Source: Lophium mytilinum
Lineage: Eukaryota
Length of the DNA: 64,000 bases
Assembly (NCBI GenBank): GCA_010093605.1
Contig: MU004197.1
Coordinates: 744,001-808,000, forward strand
Direction: 5' to 3'
This document shows positions 50,107 through 62,169 of this stretch, one piece after another. Position 1 is the stretch's first letter, and the number at the start of each line of letters is the position of its first letter. Both the position numbers and the translations under genes were made by a program. A model generated the notes under the pieces. That model was not told the origin of the DNA. It searched no databases and saw nothing but the letters and a program-made list of their open reading frames with translations.

Positions 50107-51096
50107 CTATAGATTCGAGTCCTCGTCCAGCGGAAGACCGTGCCCTCCCTCCGACTTCGGCTTATGATTTGGATTCTCATAACCAAAATACTCAAAGTAC
50201 TGATCAGCAGCTGGGTGTTGCTTGATGCCTGGCTTGTCACCCTCGGGCAGCTGCATAACTTTGACGTATTTGTCCATATCGATGGTATTCGCCTTCCGCC
50301 AGTCGGTAAACTTGTCAAAGGCAACGCACTTTTTGTTGATCGACATGTCCGGGAAGGGATACTCCTGCGTCTCTACCCAGTGCAACGGAATGAGATCGAG
50401 GTTTGCGTTGCATTGGATCCCCTGCAGCAAGATGTCGATGCAGTGGTTGATATGGATCTCGCGCTGCTTGATCGTATGGGCCCTGGCCATGCTCAGGTTG
50501 TAGTAGTTCCCATATGCGACGTGCCGCAGGGAGTTCAGGCAATGCACCTGGTGGAAGGCGTCGAAGATGGCGGCGTAGGCGTCGTCCCCCAAGCCCCACA
50601 CTGCGTTCTCCAGCTTGGCCACTGTTGACGGGTCCGTTCCCATCTTTCGGAGCTCGTCGCGAGTGACGGGGTATACACGGGTCAACTCCCATTCGTCCCA
50701 GATGGCATCAGCTTCGGGGTTGGGTTGCTGCCGTGCGATAGAACCACCCTCTTTCGGCCTGTAGAACGTCCCGTTGATCTTCTTGAGTGTCGGATCGAGG
50801 TCGAATCTGTCGAGGACCGGGCTATACGGGGCCACCCGGCGATAGTCGGCGTTGAGTAGGTTGTGGGTTCGATTGTAGAACCATGTTGCAAACAGCGTGA
50901 TTGAGAGGAGTAGTAAGCATGCGTTCACGACCGTCAAGAGTACCAAGACCCTGCGACTTTGTTTCGTTCGGCCCTCATCTCGAGCCGGAGCACCATTCAG
51001 GAAGCCTTTTGTTTCGTCGTCGTCTGGCTCGGATGAGGAGTCGCGGTTCTCGCCCGACGCCAATGGCTTGTATTGGAACTTGGGGATGAAACTCAT
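50107..51096 (-). CDS. DUF3328 / UstYa-family oxidase, single exon
   Basis: N-terminal TM anchor (VLVLLTVVNACLLLLSITLFATWFY), two HxxHC motifs (FHQVHCLNSLR, HINHCIDILLQGIQCNAN), PFPDMSINKKC. Confidence 0.95.
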   Translation of the reverse strand: MSFIPKFQYKPLASGENRDSSSEPDDDETKGFLNGAPARDEGRTKQSRRVLVLLTVVNACLLLLSITLFATWFYNRTHNLLNADYRRVAPYSPVLDRFDLDPTLKKINGTFYRPKEGGSIARQQPNPEADAIWDEWELTRVYPVTRDELRKMGTDPSTVAKLENAVWGLGDDAYAAIFDAFHQVHCLNSLRHVAYGNYYNLSMARAHTIKQREIHINHCIDILLQGIQCNANLDLIPLHWVETQEYPFPDMSINKKCVAFDKFTDWRKANTIDMDKYVKVMQLPEGDKPGIKQHPAADQYFEYFGYENPNHKPKSEGGHGLPLDEDSNL

Positions 51097-52027
51097 CTTG
51101 GAGCGTGAAGGGCAAGACCGGTCGTCAGATTAGGAGCAAAATCTGGGCTAACGTGGTACATACAGCAGCCGACCAACTTCCGGGTTATCGGGTACTTGCT
51201 GGCGTTGACGTCAACCGCATTCGCATTGTCGCGAGGGTGGCCTGATGGTGGATATGCAGAGGCACTACTACCTTCCCCGAAGGGAATGCGCTGCAATCCA
51301 GCACCATTTGAACGCAATCATCATACATCAGCACTTGAGCCGATGAAGTCTTCAACCCCGCAGTAGCCTGTAAGAGGTTCTAGATGCGAGGACTACAATT
51401 GGCCATGGAAGTGTCCGGAATACGGCTTCAATTATCTAACAAGCGAGCATTTGTGAGCTGGATGTACGAACCGTACAATTCGTGAGTAGTCTTATGGGCA
51501 TGACTAACATTTGAAAGCCAGACATTGACCTCTGAACACTCATGCTCAGGCAAATAGTTCTCATCGAGCACGTAATCTTCAACAAGCAAACCGTCTTCAA
51601 CGACCAAACTGTCCTCGCAATCCCCGGCTACCCTCGGAGAATAAGATGGGACTGTGATTGGTGTATCTGGAATGCAGATTAGCTGCGTATAAGCCCCCAC
51701 CACTATACAACACTCACCCCGGGATAACGCCTTCCTTGGCAGCGCGAATAGGCAAGCGATTGACGTACAGATAAGCGTTGGTCCGTCCGCGGCCAATCCC
51801 TTGTTTGAAGCTTGGTTGGTTGCGGTCCGCGGTAAGAGCGTCCTGCCTGATTAGGCGAATGTCGACACGATCTTAGGAGGCAACTCGGTGCTATTGTTTG
51901 GGGCAATAGCGGCGCGCGATGTAACCTGTTCACGATAACGCCTTTGCCAAGAGGGATTGGGAATAATAGTGCAATGTCTTGGAATGGGTTCGTAATGCCA
52001 AGGTTCACCAGTGTTATGTCTTTGTGA

Positions 52028-52033
52028 TATAAA
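52028..52033 (+). promoter_or_regulatory. TATA box upstream of the small secreted peptide gene
   Basis: TATAAA ~100 nt before the ATG at 52129, followed by a C/A-rich 5' leader. Confidence 0.55.
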
Positions 52034-52128
52034 GGCCTCGCATTCGGCCACCTAGAGTCTCCATCCATCCAGCCTATAACTATCTCAACTCAACCAACAA
52101 CCCTCAACCACCAACTACATCCTTCAAG

Positions 52129-52326
52129 ATGCGTTTTACCAGCATTGCCTTCGCCCTCACGGCGTTCCTCTCCGCCTTCGTGGCTGCTGCTCCCACCACC
52201 AACGACATCACCAAGCGCCTCCCTACTCCTGAGGAGTTCGAGGCTCTTGCCCCAGCGGAGAAGAGGAAGGTCTACACTTCCTGGTACCGCGCTACCAACA
52301 TCCTCCCCACCTCGGATGACGTTTAG
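52129..52326 (+). CDS. 65-aa secreted peptide with two Kex2 (KR) sites; candidate RiPP precursor
   Basis: MRFTSIAFALTAFLSAFVAA (signal-like) / APTTNDITKR / LPTPEEFEALAPAEKR / KVYTSWYRATNILPTSDDV; CAAGATG start context, strong C-ending codon bias, upstream TATA. Confidence 0.85.
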   Translation: MRFTSIAFALTAFLSAFVAAAPTTNDITKRLPTPEEFEALAPAEKRKVYTSWYRATNILPTSDDV

Positions 52327-52874
52327 ATAGTCAAATGTAAGCTCAATTATATAACTCTTATATTGTTGGTGCATATACTCACATATCAACAGCTGACCAG
52401 GAGTGGTGCCAATGCGCGTTGCCGCCTTCGCGAGAACTCATCGAGGTCACTGTGGGATCGTTGTCTGAGCGTTGTGTGGACCGCACGCTCTTTTCAAGAA
52501 AGAAATCGTAGTACCGATCCGCTTCGCGGCATTCTACATAGCTATGCATACCCAGCTATAATGCACCTTCAAACTATGCCTACTCTTGAACGCGTGCCGA
52601 ATGTGTCTTGTGACTGGGTCTGGCATGTCTCATCCCTCCTCTACAACACTATGACATAAGCCCGGGCACTTCTTTTGACTGCTCAGGGTACTCGAATAGG
52701 CTTTTAGACTCCTAAATATGATGTGAAGGCCAACTCAGTGAGAACCAAACCACCTTTTTTTAACGAAACCGAAAACTACGCGGGGCACCCCTCGCAGCGG
52801 TATCGAGCGAGCAAGAGTGGAGTCCGAGGAGTATGAAGTACGTGTGCCCAAACTTGTGGCCTATGACTGCACAA

Positions 52875-54384
52875 TCAATCACTCTTACCAAGCACCTCCT
52901 CGGCGCTCCTCCCCGTGAACTCCTCACAATGCAACGCCCAGTCATTTGGCAGCACAACCCAATTCGCCTTCTCCTTGAGAAAGATATGGCTCCCAATCTC
53001 CGGTAATTTGCACCTCAGACTTGCCTCATCGATACTCCCCATGCTCACGCTCGTTTCCTCCGGGTCTGCCTTGTAGACCATGAACAGAGGTGTGCCACAG
53101 GCATTACAGAATCGGCGCTCTGCGGCCTTGTGGAGATTGAGGGTTTGCAAGGTGATTGGTACTTGTGAAGAGCTTGATTCAGGGGGGTGGGTGGTGATGA
53201 TGAGGGCGGAGGTGGGGATCTGGGCCCAGGGGATGAAGCCGGAGCCGGAGAGTTGGCGACAGGCGGCGCAGTAGCAACAACATGCAGCTGTAGGGGCAGT
53301 GGTGCTAGTGTATGTAATGCTGCCGCAACGGCAGCCCCCCGAGAAGGCTATTTCGGAGTGGGTAAGCAGGGCTTTGGAATCTGGTTTTGTTTCTATCGAC
53401 ACAAGATAGTCAGCTTTGATGGGAGATCATGAAGATAAGCTGACGGTCTAAAGAAGGTGGCTTCACTGTCCCATCTTGGAAAACCTGGAACGACCTTTCT
53501 GGTGCTATCAATCATCACTAACCTTCAACCTTCTTCCCAATGCCCAAAAACACCGTATCCACCTCCTCTACCCATCCATCTACTGCCTGCTTCTCCCACT
53601 CCTCTTTGAAGACCCTCTTAGCCTCCGCCCTCACCTCCTCACTCTCCCTAAACCCCTTGCAAATCTCCTTATCAATCCCCTCCTCAAACAACTTATCCGC
53701 CTCCTCAACCTTGTACTTCTTATCCCCCTGCCCGCACTGATTCTCCACAACCACCATCTCCTGCACCTCAACCCCACACTTCCGCATCACCTCCTCCAGC
53801 GACTTCGGCCCCTTAACCCACATCCGATGATACAGCGTGAACGCGCCTAGCCTCCTCGCCGTCTTCTCCACCGTCCCACTATACGCCAGGTTCTGCGGAT
53901 GCGTGACATCCAACGCCACGAACCCGCCCGGCTTCAAATACCGCACCCAATGCCCCAACGCCGCGACCGGATCCTGGAAAAGCACAAACATGCTAGCACC
54001 CGTGATGCCATCGAATCCCCCCTTCATCCCCGCTAGCTCCTTGATCCCGTCGAGGTCAAGCACGTCGTGCTCGAATAACTCCACTTGCGGGTACTTTTCT
54101 TTGTCTGCGGCAAGTTTCTCCCGCGCGACGGCGAGCATGCCCGGCGTGACATCTACGCCTACGACGCGCCCGCTGGGGCCGACGGCGGCGGCGAGTTGGT
54201 AGGTGAGTAGGCCGGTGCCGCAGGCTAGATCGAGGATCTTGAGACCTGGGGAGAGGTGGGGGGAGATGTGGGAGATGAAGCGGGCGGTGAAGGAGGGGTG
54301 GTGGGATGAGTCGTAGACGGGGGCGCGGGGTGTGTAGAGGCGGATTGCAGAGGCGGATTGGGGTTCTGGGGTGGGGTCTGCCAT
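52875..54384 (-). CDS. Class I SAM methyltransferase probably fused by splicing to a GFA/Mss4-like (CENP-V) zinc domain
   Basis: MT: ILDLACGTG, GVDVTPGML, YLKPGG. GFA: GGCRCGSITY, CYCAACRQLSG, RRFCNACGTPL. The GFA ORF has no ATG; a predicted intron 53522-53393 (GTTAGT..GCTGAC..TAG) joins the two in frame. Confidence 0.8.
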
Positions 54385-55519
54385 GATGGCGTGGTCGGGT
54401 TGGATTTGGGGGAAGAGTGAGAGAGAGTGACGAAGAGGAACACGACTGGTAGGATGCGAATGTGAAGAAATTGGGGAAGCTTGATCAAATTCTTAGGATT
54501 ATGAGAGTTGAAGAGAAGAAGAAACTTTGTTTAGACAGTAGCTACAGGTAACGGGTTTGAAGGGTGTAATGATGGAATGGCCACTGCGGGGTGATGGGAT
54601 GTGCTCTTGAATTAGCGAATGAAGTGTGATGAGTAATTTCACGATAGCTTAGTCGGGTTGCTTGATCCGGCAAGCCTGTGGTGACTCTTCTCAAGCTGAA
54701 GGTTGATGAGATGCAGGGCGGCAGGGCTCATCAACCGATGACGTGGGCGTCTATCTGCGCGGGGGAGGGCAGGAGAGACAGCCACGAAAGTTGCCGTCTT
54801 AGAGTACTTAGCAGCTCTTGATGTGTCCTTTCAAATGCGAATGTCCTCTCGTTGTCGATGCTGACGAAGGCGAAGCCCGATATTCCGACGTTGAAGAGAG
54901 AGGTAATGGAGCTCGTCTACCAATCAGCGGAGAGTAGCGTCCCCACGGAGAGGACGTTATCTTAACCTCGGAATATGCACGCATCTAAACAGCAACATTC
55001 CACTGTCGAAGACTGTTACCTACAGTACTAGTTCACAAGTCTGGGCACATGGACTTATTGCTCCTTGCCTTGAATTTTGCTCACTGGACACTACCTACTG
55101 TAGAGGGCGGCGTGGCAACTCAGTAGAATAGCCAGTCAGCAAGTAGTCGCAAGAAGTGTCCCAAGTTAGGTCTTGATACTGCATACCAATTGGTACAAAG
55201 GCTAGGTACATTCAAACTGTAATAATACCCGTGAAATCCTTGGCTTTTGTTGCATCGAAGCTGGTGGGGCTGAGCTCGCCAAGTTCTGGGGCCTCGTCTC
55301 ATCACTTCAACTTCCGAATCTCCTACACCATTCTCTGTGTTACAACAGCTTGCGAAACCTTTGCTCACGCTTGCGTCTTTACTGAATAGGAAGCCGTTCC
55401 ATTAGAGAAGACGTTTTGGTTACCGAATGCGGCGCAGTCTTTGTCACTTCCAGACAGGATAGATATCTTCCTTCTCCAGTATGCCTTGTATTCGATAAGA
55501 TAGGTAGTCGGTATTCAGA

Positions 55520-55750
55520 GTTTGGGTTATCAGTTTGAGCACCCGGATATCTCACTAGCTAGGCTTTCAGTTTGCTCCCTTGATACCACTGTCAGGAGTA
55601 CCTCAGCACGTTTTAAATCTCCAAATTGGGAATTAGACTTCCATTTTGACAATGCTGACAACTGTCCAGGGCACCCCTCACAGCAGCACCAAGCAAGCAA
55701 AAGTGGAGCCCGAGGAGTGCGATATCCAGTGCCTAAACTTACAAACCAAG
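55520..55750. mobile_element. Old degenerate MITE-like element with ~60-bp imperfect terminal inverted repeats; related solo end at ~43025-43090
   Basis: Left AGTTTGAGCACCCGGATATCTCAC..TTTGCTCCCTTG; right (reverse complement) AGTTTAGGCACTGGATATCGCAC..TTTGCTTGCTTG; at 43038 AGTTTGGGCACCGGATATCTTAC..TTTGCTCCCTTG. Confidence 0.55.
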
Positions 55751-55767
55751 CAGTGTTTGCCCTTCCA

Positions 55768-56016
55768 TCACCCCTCCCCCAAATTCCCCCATACCCCCTC
55801 CCACCTTCGTATCCTCTCCTCCACCTCCATCACCGTCTTCTCCATCTCATCAACCTCTTTCAAATGCCGCCACCTCTCTTCTATCCCCAACCACCACCGA
55901 TCCCCCTCTCGGAGCTCGCGCAGCCGCCGCTCCGCATCCTGCTTTTCTTCGCGCAGAGACTCGAGGTGTATGTTCACGCGGTCGCACAGAATGCTAGGGT
56001 AGTGGTAGTGCGGCAT
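55768..56016 (-). CDS. Small charged coiled-coil hypothetical protein
   Basis: ATG-initiated 82-aa ORF (MPHYHYP..EEKQDAERRLRELRE..); no recognisable family. Confidence 0.35.
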   Translation of the reverse strand: MPHYHYPSILCDRVNIHLESLREEKQDAERRLRELREGDRWWLGIEERWRHLKEVDEMEKTVMEVEERIRRWEGVWGNLGEG

Positions 56017-56508
56017 TCGGGCAAGCGAGAGGCAGACGAGGGGTATGCGAGGGTTTAGAGTTGGGTTCAGGTTAGAATGGCGTAGACTAGGTATTATAGA
56101 TTGAATCGTGTAGGTGGAATTATATGTTTGTGATAAGTTTATATTTGCAGGCAACGCTTAAGGCGCTCGGTAGGCAGGCTTGGGTTTAGAATAGCTTGTT
56201 ATATAGGTATATACTTAGACCTATCCCACAACGCTGTTCTATTAGCACGTCGACATCTAGTGCGACCAAACGTGGTAGCCTGCCACGATGGCGTGAATAC
56301 TGCTTCTTAGTGACGGCGTGGTAGTCAATAGCAGCACGCTTCGTGACGTTGCTGTGCCTGTTTGTAACTAGGCCTCTAATTTCTCCTACGGCCTCTCGCC
56401 ATTCGCCGCCCAAATCCAAGTGCTATCCTCCCTGGCAGCGCACTCGATATATGCAGAATTAATGTACAAGTTTTCGTAAGTCGTCCGAAGCAGCAGAACT
56501 CCACTTGC

Positions 56509-58006
56509 TCAAAACCTATTTTCCAGATTAGTGACTATTCTCGCAAGATCCAGCTCCGGAACCCAGCTTACCGTATCTCATAATTACCCGCCCGTGTCAT
56601 ATACCTCACCCACTTGACACTACTATAATTACTCTTCTCAAACACCTTCAGATACCGCACCAACAACCCCGAGCTCGTGAACATGAGCAAACTAAAGCTG
56701 AGCCCCAGCGGCGGCCGGCTCCATGCTTTTTGGTTCGTCATACTCGTCAGCGTCGCCTCGGCACTCAGCACAAACTCGCTCTGCCCCGTGAACCGCGGAA
56801 TCTTCCACACAATGTTGTTGTGCTCTGGTTCGTACTTCGCCTTTCCTTGAGACGTGCGCTCTGTGATCCGCGCGGTGTTGAGGGGCGTCGGGATGCGTAC
56901 GACGACGTTTGTGGCAAAAAGTTTGCTGCCGTAGTTTGCGCGGATGGCGATGCTATACTCCACTTTCGTTTTCCCGACCTCGTTGACGATAGCGTGGACT
57001 TTGAAAGGCAGGTTCACGTTCTCTGTAGCTCGGTATCGCATCAGCTCGAACTCGCCGTCCGGTGGTACGAAGCTGATGATCCTGTCCGTGTCGAACTTGC
57101 CCAGCTTCACGCATTGGTGGAACTGGCAGTCCTCCAGCGTGACGCTCCCTGCAGCGGCCCGTGTCGCCTTTGTTCCTGCGCGGTTACCGGAAGGCTGGTG
57201 CAGATTATCTTCGCCTAGCGTGAGACGGTCATTGAGCCCGAATTTGCACTCAGGGGTGCCGGAGAGGTATGCGCGCATAACGATCTGGCCGTTTACGTCG
57301 GCGCGGAGAACGGTGCCGGTGGCGGACATGAGGAGGTTTACGTCTTCGATCACGTCGACGAAGGCTTCGTTTTTGCGGTATTTGATGTCGTTTCTGCGCC
57401 AGGAGAGGGCGCCGGTTGCTTGCATGGTGATTTTGGAGGAGTCCTCCTGAGGTTGTGTTAGCGACCGATTTTACTTCGAAATGCTCCATCAATTCAGGGC
57501 CGTTTTGTACCATCGCTCTTTCCGACTTGACGCCTTCCGTTGTGATATACATCTTCAGAGTATCCGTTTCGGTGTTTTGTGGATATCCAAAGTCGAGGAT
57601 TTCTAATCGCAGATATGATCAGTACGAGAACACCAGCAGTTAGAGACCCCAAGTTGAACAGTATCATACCATCCAGCAGCTCATACACAAGCACAAAGTT
57701 GTTCTTCACAGCCTCCTCGTCGAACTTCCCAAAGTAAGCCTTCCCCAACCCCACCAGCCGGTACAGGAACTCGAAGACGAGCGCGGCATTGGCATTGCTC
57801 TTGGTGACAGCGACTAGGTAGATATTTTCGTGTTTCACATGGCTGAAGGTCGTTGAGCCCAGGGTCAGAATAGGTGAGCGAACTTGGGCATTCGAGATGA
57901 CCTGGATGCGGAAGACGTCGGCGAGGCGTGGGCGGCAGTCGTTTCGGAATGCGCGGAAAATGAGGTTCTCGCCCTTCTGATTGAATATGAGAATACCGGA
58001 GAGCAT
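56509..58006 (-). CDS. APM4: AP-2 adaptor complex subunit mu; 3 introns
   Basis: MLSGILIFNQKGENLIFRAFR, VKNNFVLVYELLDE, QATGALSWRR, LSGTPECKFGLND, FHQCVKL, FVPPDGEFELM, VKWVRYMT; last exon F-stop at 56509. Confidence 0.96.
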
Positions 58007-58408
58007 GACGCCGGAGGTGAAATAGTGTGGGTGGAGGCAGGGCGTCGCGTCCTCGGGGGTGAGTGTCGAGTCTGAGGTGGAGATGCGGGCAAGGCCCGTT
58101 CGGCAGCGTGCATGGACCAGGGGAGCTTCACTTTGTTTTCTTATATTGGCACATTTCATAGCTACATCGTTCTCAGTGCTTCTGGTACTGTATACGCTGC
58201 ATTTCGCGTGCTCGCAGTGGCCGCAAGTTGCTCTAAAGGACTAAATGTACAGTGACGGAACCAACGTCGACATAAGGCATGCATGGTCCATCCACTAACT
58301 CGCTCGACCGACTTTGACAATCTTCCCAAAATCATGCAGCACACGTGAACAAGCATAACAGACCACGCTTAGCCGAGACCCTATTTGAACCCTCCCAACC
58401 TAGATGAG

Positions 58409-59784
<1,376 letters not shown>

Positions 59785-60016
59785 CGTGACAGAGGGGCTG
59801 CCGCAGGAGCAGACTGTATTTGAGAGAGGGGAGGGCTGGGGGAAGTTGAATAGAAGCTGAAGTGCGAGAGGAGGTCCTGGATAGGCCGCGGCGCGCAGAT
59901 GTGGTTCGCCAAAACTTCCCAAGGTTAAAGCGAACTTCTGCCCAACACCAATATATTTGTGCAGATACAAAGAGCCTCAGCCCGCATTCTGCCGGCGTCT
60001 ACCTTCCGAGCCCACC

Positions 60017-61840
60017 ATGGCGACTGTCACTCTGACCGAAAGCCGGGCGAAGAACCGGCTGCCGAAGAATGTCAAGCTGCCCCCAGAGAACGAGCGGTAT
60101 ATGCGGGCATGCGCCGACATCGCCAGCGCCCTCATCCAGGACTATGAAGCCCAGGCCGATGGCTCGAAGCCCAAGAAGGACCTCAATCTGAATCACTTGC
60201 GCGGCCAGATCGCAAAGAAGCACTATCTCAAGACCCAGCCGCCGCTGACCGCCATCATTGCGGCCGTCCCAGAACATTATAAGAAATATCTGCTTCCCAA
60301 ACTGATAGCCAAGCCAATACGTACGCTACCCAACATTTCTCACTATTAGGTCTACAAATCTTTAGTAATTAAGTAATTAAATGGGGCTAACGGCACCACA
60401 GGAACATCCTCTGGAATCGCCGTGGTGGCGGTAATGTGCAAGCCCCACCGATGCCCTCATATCGCATACACAGGCAACATCTGCGTCTACTGCCCCGGCG
60501 GCCCCGATTCTGACTTTGAATACTCTACCCAGTCATATACCGGCTATGAGCCAACCTCCATGCGAGCCATTCGGGCTCGCTATGATCCTTACGAACAAGC
60601 GCGTGGCCGGGTGGAGCAGATCAAATCGCTCGGACACAGTGTAGATAAGGTTGAGTACATCATCATGGGCGGCACCTTCATGTCGTTACCAGAGAGCTAT
60701 AGGGACGAATTCATATCCCAGCTACACAACGCCCTGTCCGGCTACCAGACGCTGGATGTTGACGAGGCCGTCGCGGCGGGAGAGATGAGCAATATAAAAT
60801 GCGTAGGCATCACCATCGAGACCAGGCCCGACTACTGCTTGGACCAGCACCTGAGTGCTATGCTGCGGTATGGGTGTACACGTCTAGAGATTGGGGTACA
60901 GTCGCTCTACGAAGACGTTGCTCGAGATACTAACCGTGGCCACACTGTCGCCGCCGTCGCGCAAACCTTCTGTCTCGCCAAAGACGCTGGCTTCAAGGTC
61001 GTTAGCCACATGATGCCCGATTTGCCTAACGTCGGTATGGAGCGAGACCTTGACCAGTTCGTTGAGTACTTCTCGAATCCTGATTTCCGCACCGACGGGC
61101 TGAAGATCTATCCCACACTCGTCATCCGTGGTACAGGTCTGTACGAGCTCTGGCGGACGGGCCGGTACAAAAATTACACCCCCAACGCCCTCATCGACCT
61201 CGTAGCACGAATACTAGCTCTGGTACCGCCATGGACTCGGATTTACCGCGTACAGCGTGACATACCAATGCCGCTCGTCACAGCGGGTGTAGAAAACGGT
61301 AATCTCCGAGAGCTGGCACTCGCTCGTATGAAAGACTTCGGAACAACTTGTCGCGACGTACGAACACGCGAGGTAGGTATCAACGAGGTAAAGCATAAGA
61401 TCCGACCGTCACAAGTCGAGCTGGTTCGCCGCGACTACGTTGCTAACAACGGCTGGGAGACGTTCCTCGCGTACGAGGATCCAAAACAAGACATCCTGAT
61501 CGCGCTCCTCCGGCTACGGCAGTGCAGTAAGACCCACACGTTCCGTCACGAACTGACTGGACAGCCAACGAGCCTGGTTCGCGAGCTCCATGTCTACGGC
61601 TCGGCGGTCCCAGTGCATGCGCGCGATCCTAGGAAGTTTCAGCATCAAGGCTACGGTACCCTCCTTATGGAAGAAGCGGAGCGGATTGCACGAGACGAGC
61701 ATGGTAGTCGAAAGATCTCTGTCATCTCTGGTGTTGGCGTGAGAAGCTATTATGCGAAACTTGGATACCACCTCGATGGTCCATATATGTCCAAAAATAT
61801 CGAACCGGTAGTTGACAGCGATGAGGATGAAGAGTTCTGA
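60017..61840 (+). CDS. ELP3: Elongator complex catalytic subunit Elp3 (radical SAM + KAT); 1 intron
   Basis: [72 protein letters not shown]. Confidence 0.99.
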
Positions 61841-62169
61841 GGTTAGCTGCTATATCCATGTGCCCAGAATCTAAGACCTAGTACTGTATGAGGAAGAACA
61901 CAAGTTGGTATTGTGAGAGTGTATTACAGAGACACGCCATCGTGTTTGAACGAAGTCGTTGAATCGCGGAGGTCGCCCCCAAGGCATGAATCAGCGCCAT
62001 AACCTGTTATCACCGATCTCGATTTGAGACGCCCGCCCACCCCGTTTCCATCATCCTTGAGCTCATGCCGAGCTTTTGAAGCTAAAGCAGAATGTCACCG
62101 CAATCATGGTGAATATCAGATGGCATCTCTCATTTTATAGTTTCTACCAATCCCAATTACGCTTCAACC

